Source of the DNA: Amoebidium appalachense
Taxonomy: Eukaryota > Protista > Ichthyosporea
NCBI GenBank assembly: GCA_963693365.1
Contig: CAVNZM010000002.1
Span: forward strand, 558,001 to 622,000
DNA length: 64,000 bases
Direction of reading: 5' to 3'
In this document: piece after piece, positions 1 to 9,806 of the stretch
Position numbering within the stretch: the stretch's first letter is position 1
Layout of the letters: the number at the start of each line of letters is the position of its first letter
Translations under genes and position numbers: made by a program
The notes under the pieces: model-generated
The model's database searches: none
Seen by the model: the letters and a program-made list of their open reading frames with translations, nothing else
Told to the model about the DNA's origin: nothing

Positions 1-7
1 GGCAGAG

Positions 8-613
8 GTGCGGGGCCGTGTTCTCTCCAAGTTCTATCGTATTGAAACTCTGAGACGTGCCATTCAAACTGCAATCGATGCTGGGCGGCCTGTGATGGAC
101 CTCGAAGCTGATGTCGCGCAGATTTACAGTGAGATTTCGCAGATGGAAGACACCACACTGTCTAGAATGTTGTGCACGTCCGCGAAATGGTCTGAGTTGG
201 AGCGGGAAGCACAGTTGGTGGCTGAGGCACGTGTGAAAAATACGACGGTGCCCACCACCCCCCGTCCTCCCCCACCCACCACAGGCAAGAAGCCTTTGTC
301 CCCGGTCCCATCTGGGTGCACTGATCCCAAGGTAATTGCACCTCCCGCACCCCCCACTAAATTTACATATAAGGATGTGCTTGCGCGCACACTCAGCTAC
401 ACTGATTCTGATGCTGAAAATGAAGAAAAACACGAACAAAGTTACGAAGACACACCCACAAACGAAAACGAACACATGACTGCGAAAGTGCATGAAGAAG
501 ATCACTTCGACCAGCCTAAAGCACCCGTATTTAACGAAATCCCCCTTGCAGGATCCCCTCTGGCGTCTGCAGGTGGACTGGCAGGCACGCCAAGGCGCCC
601 CGAGAGGCTCTGA
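8..613 (+). CDS. Upstream ORF of the Gypsy element (probably gag N-terminal part or ORF0, open to the window edge)
   Basis: 201-codon open frame with helical and Pro/acidic segments. It overlaps gag in another frame and has no diagnostic motif. Confidence 0.45.
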   Translation: MRGRVLSKFYRIETLRRAIQTAIDAGRPVMDLEADVAQIYSEISQMEDTTLSRMLCTSAKWSELEREAQLVAEARVKNTTVPTTPRPPPPTTGKKPLSPVPSGCTDPKVIAPPAPPTKFTYKDVLARTLSYTDSDAENEEKHEQSYEDTPTNENEHMTAKVHEEDHFDQPKAPVFNEIPLAGSPLASAGGLAGTPRRPERL

Positions 614-1574
614 TGTCAGCACAGGCTCAGGAGGTAAGGCTGGGTCTATATTGAACAAGCACTTTGCAGAGCACGAAAAACTGTGGTTGCACCCTCTCCG
701 CCAGTTGCATGCATCCGAATACGGCCCCATCTTGGCTGCATTGAAACTACCAGAATACAAGGGTGACTTGCAGGATAAATGCACGGTGATTGAATGGCTG
801 CACGAATTTTCCCAGCAGATGTTTTGCATTGCAGGGGTCCCCCCCACACTTGCTGTTCGCTGGGCGGTGCAGTGCTTTCCTCTTGCTTCCCCCGCCCGTG
901 TGTGGTACACGAATTTTACCAGGACACAGGGAGAACTCACGTTTGATGCATTTGCACATGCACTAGTTACGAAATTTCACGACCAGCGTGTGCAAGAGGC
1001 ACTCAGTGCCGAATTAAATGCACTCAAACAAGGCAAGCAAAAGGTGGCCGAATTTGCAAGCAGGCATGCGCGTTTGTGGGCACGTGTGTACCCCCTTAAG
1101 TCTGAGGCACACCAAATTTTGGATTTGTCTCACCGATTGGGTGGGGAAGACGAACAAGAATTTCGCAAATATCAACTCAGACAAACACGAAAAGAAGAAG
1201 AATTGACCCTGTCTGGAGTTGTTGCCTATCTCGCAGAAAAAGAAAGAGACAGGCACACACGAACCCCATCCACCATTCTAACACAGAAACCCCCCACAAA
1301 ACAGCAACCCGGTGGTGGATCTGGTGCCAGCGAGAAGCCGTCTATTTTTTCGCGCATGGGCACCACCCCCTGCAACCGTGGGTGCAAGTACGGCAGCCAC
1401 GCCGAAGGCAAGACGTGCCCGGCCCTCAAATTCGAATGCCACTCCTGCAAGCAGAAGGGGCACTTTGGGGGGTCACCAATTTGCCCCAAGTACGACCCCA
1501 ACTTTAAGAAGGGAACCCGCAAGGCAGAGATTGAGGCTAATCGGGCCAAGTTCAAGAGAGCACGTGTAGAATAG
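492..1574 (+). CDS. gag: Gag (capsid-like domain plus Cys/His zinc knuckles)
   Basis: Contains ARVWY...LNALKQGKQKVAEF (retrotransposon gag motif) and CNRGC..H..CPA..CHSCKQKGH..C knuckles. Ends at TAG 1572-1574. Confidence 0.88.
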   Translation: MKKITSTSLKHPYLTKSPLQDPLWRLQVDWQARQGAPRGSDVSTGSGGKAGSILNKHFAEHEKLWLHPLRQLHASEYGPILAALKLPEYKGDLQDKCTVIEWLHEFSQQMFCIAGVPPTLAVRWAVQCFPLASPARVWYTNFTRTQGELTFDAFAHALVTKFHDQRVQEALSAELNALKQGKQKVAEFASRHARLWARVYPLKSEAHQILDLSHRLGGEDEQEFRKYQLRQTRKEEELTLSGVVAYLAEKERDRHTRTPSTILTQKPPTKQQPGGGSGASEKPSIFSRMGTTPCNRGCKYGSHAEGKTCPALKFECHSCKQKGHFGGSPICPKYDPNFKKGTRKAEIEANRAKFKRARVE

Positions 1575-4500
1575 GAAGGCGGGCAAGGGACTGGTCTCTC
1601 CCCAGTAGAACATAATGTATTTGATTTAATAGCAGAGCTGGAACTGTGTTCCCCTCTGGCAGATAAATTGCAAAACAAATCTACTGGTGCGGAAATTTCT
1701 GTTGTCTCGGAGCCCTCCCACGAATCTGCATGTGCCCCACCCCCCCACGAACAGTTACCCCCGTGTACTGACCCCCCCATGCACACGCACACCCCGCCCC
1801 CGCGCAAAAAGAAAAATGTGCATTTTGCTGACCGTGTGCACTCCTCCATTGCAGAACCACGGCATGAAAATGCCACTGTGTGCACATTAACCCACAAAAA
1901 TAAATGCACAGCCACACTTGCGCGAATGTATGTGCATGGGAAGCTAGTCACAGTAGTTGTCGACTCTGGTGCTAGCCATAGCTGTATAAGCACAGCATTT
2001 TACGAATCTCTCCCTGTAGTGGCAAGAAAACGAATTCAGCATGTTCCTAATTTTAGTGTACTGGATGCACAAAGTAACGAAATGACATGCCAAGGAAGTA
2101 TATCTCTCACTCTCGCCATTCCCAACGAATCTGCTCTAGTGGTGCACAGATGGCATGTGATTGATAATCTACCATATGATGCCTTATTAGGTGTTGATTT
2201 CATGGGGCCACAACAGGGACGAATTGATTACGGTGCTGCAGAACTTTCGTTCATGTATGCTAAGGGAAATCGCAGGTGCAGTATTCCGGTGTGGTGGTTG
2301 CGTGGGAGTGCGGAGGAGACAGCTGTTTCTCGCGTATTAATTACCACCACAGGTATTCACCTCCCGGTAGATGCGTCAAATATCGCAACGTGTAAAATAA
2401 AACTCGCTGCCGGCGCACCACCACCACGAACTTTAGACTGTTGTATGGGCACAGTGGTTCCATGTGGTCCACTTAATTCACGGGCTTACACAACAGCATG
2501 CAGTGTCACCAGTTTAGCTCGAATTTCGAATAACGAACCCCCCCTCTCCACTAGCGAAGAAAGTGTGATCGAGGACGAATACGAATGCAAGGTGTTGTTG
2601 ACTAACACATCGGACCATCATGTGTACCTAGGCCCTGGTACGGAGGTGGCCATGTTTATTCCCTTGCAATCAGATGACACTGTTACTCTTTTAGCACGTC
2701 CACACTCCGGTAATGGAACCAGGAGGGCGACAACCCCACACCCTGGCCATCCATTAGGTACCTCTGCTAAAACGAACTTTTCTTCGCAGGAATCAACCGA
2801 AGAACCCACCGAACACGAACCACACACTTTCCAGGCGGCTACTAATATTAACGGTAGTATTAAGGTGTGTGAACGGAGTAAAATTATGAATATGAGTACG
2901 AAAGAGAACACCACACAGCGCAGTTCCACGAAAATGAATGGTTTTGGTAATCCAGCACGAACAAAACCAGAGGTAGGGCCACCTACTATCGAAGCAGCAG
3001 ATGGGGCACCATCTACCACTGCACTGGAGGATACGAATAATTTACGAAAGCGTACGCACGAATGTACCTCCGACGGGGAAGCCGCCACAGACGACGACTT
3101 GCCTTTTGGGGTCAAACCTCCAGAAGAATACGACATGCCTGGAACTCCCCCAGACCAACGGAAACCGTTGGCGAAACGGATACGAAAACTGCTTAAGAAA
3201 TGGAAGCATGTGTTCTCTGCACACGACAACGACTTTGGTTTGAGTACCTTAGACGAACTGTCGATCGAAGTAACTACCACCATACCACAGTACCGCAGGC
3301 CCTATAACATCCCACATCACCTTCGCGATAGCCTACACAAACAAATTCAAAATTGGGTAGAGTTTGGAGTGATTGAGCCTGCGTCCAGCCCTTACTCCGC
3401 TCCGATGGTGTTGGTGGCGAAAAAGGACGGGTCTTTAAGAGTCTGCATTGATTTTAGAATGCTGAACTTGATTACGAAGAAAGACGGTTACCCTTTACCA
3501 CGAATTGACATGGCTCTGGGTATGCTCAGAGGTGCCCGCGTGTTTTCCGCACTTGATTTAAACGGTGGTTACCACCAAGTCAAAGTAGCCGATAACGACA
3601 AAGAAAAACTTGCATTTACCACCCCCTGGGGGCAGTATCAATTCGCACGCGCACCTTTTGGAGTAAGTAACATGCCTGCTGTCTTTTCAAGGATGATGAA
3701 CCGTGTATTCGCTGGTATGCTGTGGACACATGTACTCATATATCTCGATGATATATTAGTTATGTCACCCACTATCGAAGAACATTTTGGGCATTTAGAT
3801 TCATGTTTTTCCCGGCTCTGTGATGCAGGATTAAAACTGAAAGGCAGAAAATGCTCTTTGTTCATGGAAGAAGTTGGCTATTTAGGCCATCGCGTATGCC
3901 CGGATGGTATTAAGGTAGACCCAGAAAAAGTGGCAGCAATAAAGAATAAAAGCTACCCACAAAATTTATCTGAGCTACGAAGTGACCTCGGGTTATTTTC
4001 ATATTATCGAATATTTGTGGACGATTTCAGCCATACGGCTGAACCACTCACGCGAATGCTGGGCACCTCGAAGGAGGATTCAGAATTACTAAAACGAATT
4101 CACGCAAAAATGCCCCCCTCTACGAAACCCGCCAAACGCAACGGCAGCGCAAAACAACGAAAAGACGAAGCAAAAAATTTGCACGCCGATTCTGCAGCTA
4201 TTTTGGCCACGAAAAAGAAAGCACAGAAAAATGCTGCATGGGTGTGGGGTACGGAACAGGAGAAAGCATACGATACCCTTAAGAATGCGTTAATTAATGC
4301 ACCTGTGCTTGCTCACCCCGATTTCACCAAACCTTTTATTGTTGACTCAGATGCTTCACAGTATGCTCTGGGCGCAGTGATTTCGCAGGTAGGTGATGAC
4401 GGCAAAGAACGACCCATAGCTTATGCTAGCAGAACACTCTCTAAGAGTGAACGAAATTATGCGGCGAATAAAAGGGAAGCCTTAGGTGTGTATTGGGCTG

Positions 4501-4859
4501 TGTGCAAAGCATTTCGCGCTTACACCTATGGGGCTCCTTTCTTTTTACGAACCGACCACTCCAGCTTGACGCGCATTCTGTCTACCGGCGATGCACCGGA
4601 ACCTGTTGTTGCAGGCTGGCAAATGGCGCTTTCCGCATACACATACGAAATTCAGCACAGGGCGGGCAAACACCACAGCAATGCTGATGGACTCTCTCGG
4701 CCATCTAAAGAAAATGCGCAACCAGGACCCGAAGATACTGAGCTGACATACCCCTCACTGATCGGCACAGTCTCGGGCTCGTCCACGGTGTTTGCGGTAA
4801 CACGCTCCGCCGCAGCGACAGCGCAGGCACAAGCTGCCACCCCACCCACCCCCAGCTGA
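1575..4859 (+). CDS. pol: Pol: aspartic protease, reverse transcriptase, RNase H (in frame with gag after the UAG)
   Basis: Protease VVVDSGASHS; RT motifs LRVCIDFR, PFGVSN, YLDD; RNase H DSDASQYALGAV...REALG...TDH...ADGLSR. The frame is open from 1575 with no stop. Confidence 0.95.
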   Translation, partial: EGGQGTGLSPVEHNVFDLIAELELCSPLADKLQNKSTGAEISVVSEPSHESACAPPPHEQLPPCTDPPMHTHTPPPRKKKNVHFADRVHSSIAEPRHENATVCTLTHKNKCTATLARMYVHGKLVTVVVDSGASHSCISTAFYESLPVVARKRIQHVPNFSVLDAQSNEMTCQGSISLTLAIPNESALVVHRWHVIDNLPYDALLGVDFMGPQQGRIDYGAAELSFMYAKGNRRCSIPVWWLRGSAEETAVSRVLITTTGIHLPVDASNIATCKIKLAAGAPPPRTLDCCMGTVVPCGPLNSRAYTTACSVTSLARISNNEPPLSTSEESVIEDEYECKVLLTNTSDHHVYLGPGTEVAMFIPLQSDDTVTLLARPHSGNGTRRATTPHPGHPLGTSAKTNFSSQESTEEPTEHEPHTFQAATNINGSIKVCERSKIMNMSTKENTTQRSSTKMNGFGNPARTKPEVGPPTIEAADGAPSTTALEDTNNLRKRTHECTSDGEAATDDDLPFGVKPPEEYDMPGTPPDQRKPLAKRIRKLLKKWKHVFSAHDNDFGLSTLDELSIEVTTTIPQYRRPYNIPHHLRDSLHKQIQNWVEFGVIEPASSPYSAPMVLVAKKDGSLRVCIDFRMLNLITKKDGYPLPRIDMALGMLRGARVFSALDLNGGYHQVKVADNDKEKLAFTTPWGQYQFARAPFGVSNMPAVFSRMMNRVFAGMLWTHVLIYLDDILVMSPTIEEHFGHLDSCFSRLCDAGLKLKGRKCSLFMEEVGYLGHRVCPDGIKVDPEKVAAIKNKSYPQNLSELRSDLGLFSYYRIFVDDFSHTAEPLTRMLGTSKEDSELLKRIHAKMPPSTKPAKRNGSAKQRKDEAKNLHADSAAILATKKKAQKNAAWVWGTEQEKAYDTLKNALINAPVLAHPDFTKPFIVDSDASQYALGAVISQVGDDGKERPIAYASRTLSKSERNYAANKREALGVYWAVCKAFRAYTYGAPFFLRTDHSSLTRILSTGDAPEPVVAGWQMALSAYTYEIQHRAGKHHSNADGLSRPSKENAQPGPEDTELTYPSLIGTVSGSSTVFAVTRSAAATAQAQAATPPTPS

Positions 4860-4917
4860 ACCCACGAAACCTAATACCACGCCGCCAGAATTTATTCCCC
4901 CAAAAGCGGATGGACGA

Positions 4918-6178
4918 ATGCCCACCTATGAACAGTATGTGTCAGCACAGAAGGCTGATAAACACATTGCGAAAGTCAGGGCCTACCTGGAAAAAGCACC
5001 GGGCTACGAATTATTTGGCAACGAAATCGCGATGGAAGCTAGTCGCTGCACCATAGACAATGACCTTGTGTATGTGTGGGTCCTAGAACAGCGTGGCCCC
5101 CGCAAACCCAGCAAGGAACCACGAATTTGGGTGCCGTCTACGCTTGTGCGCCTCGTTTTGGCCGCATGTCACGACGCCCCAACCGCAGGTCACCTCGACG
5201 CAGCACGCACCTTCCACCGTGTTACCCAGATAGCATGGTGGCCACGTGTATGGCAAGACTCGGTGCAGTGGGTAACCACATGCAAAGCCTGTCAATACCG
5301 GAAGACACCCCGAATGCAAAAGAAACTACGAATTCACGATGGTTTTATCCCCACCTATCCCTTTCAATACGTGTCTATGGACATTACTGAGATGCCTACG
5401 AAATCTGATCTCAGAGTTTCCCTGTTGGTGTTTCTCGACCTCTTCACTCGCTGGCCGGAAGTGATTTTATTTCACAAAACACCCACAGCCGAAGATGTGG
5501 CAAAGGCATCGAAGACTCCATCTACTGCCGCACGGTCGTCCGGAATTTTAGTACAGACAACGGCGCGAATTGCAGCTATGTTGTCACAGATGTCTGCATT
5601 GGCACAACGAATTTTGCAAGTCCCTACAGCCCCCAGACCAATGTGCCGTAGCGATCAATCGCACACTAAGAACTGCCACCCGTGCAGGATAAACACCACG
5701 AATGGATTGACTACTACCGCAAGTACTGTTTTCCTACCGCACCGCCTACCACTCTTCCTTGGGGGACACGCCATTCTTCATGCTTTATGGCAGAGATCCG
5801 GTCGAGCCCCCCGCCCCCCAATTGCGGCTTCATGTGGGATGGAGACGGAGGAATACCGTCGAGAACTACGCAAGAGTGCAGAGCCCGGCAAACAGTCAAC
5901 GAATGTCGAAGCTGCCCGTCGTAGTAAAATCACGGCTAACAAAAATGCTCGTGAACCCACAGAACCGAGGGTCTGGTGTGAAAGCAGTCACAGACTCCAC
6001 CACCGACCACAGTCTACCCACGGCACTCAGACCTAAATGGGAAGGTCCGTATCGCGTCCTGCGGCGCGTTACCGACGCCCCCATGTCTTACGAAATTCAG
6101 CGGGTTGGGTCAACGGACACCGTTCGAGCACACGCACGTCACTTGAAGCCGTATTTTCCCCGTGACGACGTTGAATGA
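4918..6178 (+). pseudogene. Integrase, split by frameshifts
   Basis: HHCC zinc motif (HDAPTAGH..CKAC), core SMDITE..DLFTRW, and GPY/F motif KWEGPYRV in ORF 5759-6178. Several frame changes occur after ~5500. Confidence 0.88.
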
Positions 6179-6485
6179 CGCCAGCCGACCGGTCCGCAAG
6201 ATTCACCCACCCCCACCTTCGAAGTGGCAAAAATTATTGCCCACAAGTACGACTCGGCACTGCCCAAGCCCTTACAAAGTTCGTTGGAAAGGGACACGGT
6301 AAGACGACACCTGGGAACCTCACTCCGGCCTGCAAGACACAGCCGCAGGAGCACCACAGACTACCTAGGTATTGGTGGCCGGCCCTGCCAGCCAGCCCGC
6401 ACGAAGAGCGCCGACGTCGCTAACTCCCTCAGCCTGGTGGTTTACCGTCTCCAGACCATACCACCAGGCTCCCGAGAAGGGGGAG

Positions 6486-7035
6486 TGTAAACATCTGTAC
6501 ACGCCGTACATTTACAACTGTACAATCATAGTGATACGTAATTTGTACAATGATAGATCAATATCACACGCGACGCCGGGCGCGGCCACGAGAGCCGCGG
6601 CGCGGAGAGTGGCCGTGCAGTAGTATGAACCAAAGAACGAGAACCGCTAGGAAGGAATGCAAGCTCATCCACTACGGAGGCGACACTAAGCTAAAGAACG
6701 GACCATAAGAACAGACCCAGTGCATAAACCTAAACGGGCTTAAGTATTGACCAATCATGCCACAAAGTTATCCTTTTAGTTAGCTTCATTTATTGTGCAT
6801 TGTGCACATAAAGACGACCGCACCTCTGACTGGTCAGAAGTCACGAAGGCATCAATGCCACCCATCCAGAGATCCGGAACCTGGGGGCTATATAAACAAG
6901 CCGTCCCAGTACGGGGGATCACTCTGAACGAGCAATTAAATAGTAACCTGGCCGCGTGTGCCTTACTACCCGTTCTCTGTCTTTATTCTGATTCAGTTGT
7001 TCTCTGCCTTATCCCAACTAGTTCAACTGTTTACA
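6486..7035 (+). repeat. Gypsy 3' LTR (550 bp)
   Basis: Starts TGTAAACA right after the PPT and ends TGTTTACA (8-bp inverted termini). TATA-like CTATATAAA at ~6888. Confidence 0.8.
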
Positions 7036-8554
7036 GTTACTTATATGGTAACCGGGGCCCCGAAAATTTCATCCAAGCATGCTCCCCTCGTGGGTCGTGC
7101 GGACGGGGCCCCCGTAAGAACTCTGGCCGAGGTGGTAGGGGGGACGGGTGGTGGCCGGGGGGGCAAACAACCCCCTCCTGCTGCCAACGAAAATGGGGAT
7201 GGTAATGCAGGTGGCGGTGGCCCCCCACCTCCCGGAGGTGGTGTGAGGTGGTGCCGGTGGTGTAATGATGGTGCCGGAGGTGTAAGGTGGTGGTGCCGGT
7301 GGTGGTGGTGGTGATGGTGGTGGCGACGGGGTGACGGTGGTGATGACGGTGACGGCGACGGCAACGGTGACGACCGAGAGGGAGGACCACACCCCCAGCA
7401 GCAGTCCCCGAGACCAACGACCCCAACACATGAGGTGCGACGTCGAGCCCGGGGACCCCCAGAGCCGGACCCCACGCCCGACGACAGAAAAAGACCCGCC
7501 AAACCCCCCACACAGCCCCCACACCCGGACGCGCGCAACCACCCGCAAGCGCCACCGAGAGAGGGGTAAGAGAGGGTGGTAGGGGGGAGGGGGTGGTGGT
7601 GGTCACGGGTGGCCAGGAGGTAGGGGGGTATGTGGTAGGAAGGGGGGCAAGGGAAGAAAGAAAATAAGAGGGGGCCAGAAGCGGGGACGAGAGCCCCACC
7701 CGAGCGCCAGAAGAAAAGAAAAAAATGCCGACACGAAGCACAGACCCAGGCCAAATAAAGCCAACCAGCCGCCCCGCCCCCCCCCGAGCCCCCCCCCCGA
7801 CCCCCGACCCCCACCCCCCCACACCTATCCCCCCAAAAAAAAAAAAACAAAGAAAAAATGAACACGGACAAGGAGAAGCTGCGACACAGCAGAGGCGACC
7901 CGAGGAGAGAAGAAAAGAAAACACGAGGGCACCCAAAAAAAAAGAGGGAGGAGGGAGAAGAAGAGAGAGAGAGAGAGAACGGCAGGAAAAGGGAAGAAAG
8001 AACGAGCCGGGCCCCCGCAAAGAAAAAAGGAAGGGGGGAAGGCGCCCGAGGGAGGAAAGAGCGGAGGCAGGCCCCAAGGCCGCCCGCGAAAGACACGAGT
8101 CAAAGCCCCCTAGAGTGAAAAGACAAAGACGCGGGAAAACCCCGCGAACCAAGTTCAGCAGAACTAAAGAAGCTAGCCGGGAGTACCAGTGTACTCCAAC
8201 ACGGCCCCCTCGTACACTGAGTGATCAAGGATAAAAGAGAATATAATTGCAAGATGAGCCCTCTGCAATCACCCAAGCAGAATGAACGTCTATAAGCACC
8301 CAAGTAAGAGACATTGGGACACTCGTTGCGGTTTCGCAGCATACAACACAACAACACAAATTTTGCAATGTACACGTATTATCTTGTGTAGGGCAAGAAG
8401 CAACACAATTCCCTGACGTTGCCCTTCTTAGCAGTAACCACCCGGCACTCAAGGACCCAGAGTGGAAGGCATACCGGCGGAGTTACAGCCCGTCTGCCTC
8501 TGCTCCGTGCTGTGGTCCAGCAACGTGCCGTACGAGAGCCCCCAGGCCCCTCGG

Positions 8555-9262
8555 TGTTATTTTGTGTGGGTAAACGGAGAAGCAGAGAGCACAGATGGGT
8601 GTTATGTAAAACACAACACAAAGACACACGGGAAAAACACAACCGGAGAGGAGGAACGATTTCTGGAACCATAGGAAGTGAATACGACTGCTTGTGATTT
8701 ATTTCAAGATGAGGTCCCTTTTATACTTGGGAATGTGAAACGATAAACCAATCAAAAGAATGAAAACTATGAGTGTAAAATATATCGAATAAAATGTCTG
8801 TCGACATTTAGAATATAAAACTCAATCCTCTAATGAAAGAAACTTCTAATAAAAGCACGGAAACATTTAATAAAATGAAACCACTTATGTAACTATTAAT
8901 TCATAACATATATTTATACATGTTCTTATCATAACACGTCTAAATATAATTTTTCCTAATAGTTGAAGAACATAGCACAATGCTACGTCGTGGGAAAGGA
9001 ATGAGAAAGGAATGTAAGTTACTATATTTGGGAAAATACAAACGAGATATGATTGGATGACATATATAGATTTTGACGCAAACGACAATACGTGTGCGCG
9101 AGCTAAGTATGTCGATACGTACACAGATCTAAGATGTCGTGTACACGGAAACGGAAAAGAAAGAAAGAAATGAAGAAAGGAAAAGGAAACAAACTACAAC
9201 AACTAATAAATAAATACCAAACTCAACTTCTAAGTCTTGCTGAGAATTAAGTGAAGATGACA
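8555..9262 (-). repeat. Copia 3' LTR
   Basis: Direct repeat of 14247-14954. Confidence 0.97.
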
Positions 9263-9743
9263 TCCCCACTCAAGGGTTGGAAGTTGGGTTCTCGTGAAGT
9301 TTGTTGATGTGACTGTTGATGTTAAGACTTTCACACATGTAGAAGTAGGTGCCGTGAAGTCACAGTCAAGTTTCCCCACTCGAGAAGACAATGGAGAAGA
9401 CTTGAAGGTGCAAGCCGGGGAAGAAAACCAAAACGGAAGAAGCACACAACGACGGTTGCCTCTGAAGACTCGGAAGATGACGGTAGCCAATGACGTGATA
9501 TATAAATATATATAGAAGAAACAACTAGTGTATGTGTGACGTGTTGGTGGCTAATGATAAATACATTATATATATGGTGGTATATAAATAAACGACGGAT
9601 GGTGGAGAAGAAATCCCCACTGAAGATGCACACACTGAAGATCGATGAAGACAGCAGTAGACTTTCGTTGGGAGGTGTCTCTACACGGTGATGTGTAGAC
9701 CACTGGCCAGGGCCCCAACCTACTTGAAGACCACTGTAGAGGA

Positions 9744-9805
<62 letters not shown>

Positions 9806-9806
9806 C

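Larger units (their letters stand above)
1..7035 (+). mobile_element. Ty3/Gypsy LTR retrotransposon (5' part outside window; integrase frameshifted/degenerate)
   Basis: Domain order is gag-PR-RT-RH-IN, followed by a polypurine tract (GAGAAGGGGGAG) and a 3' LTR at 6486-7035. Confidence 0.95.
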
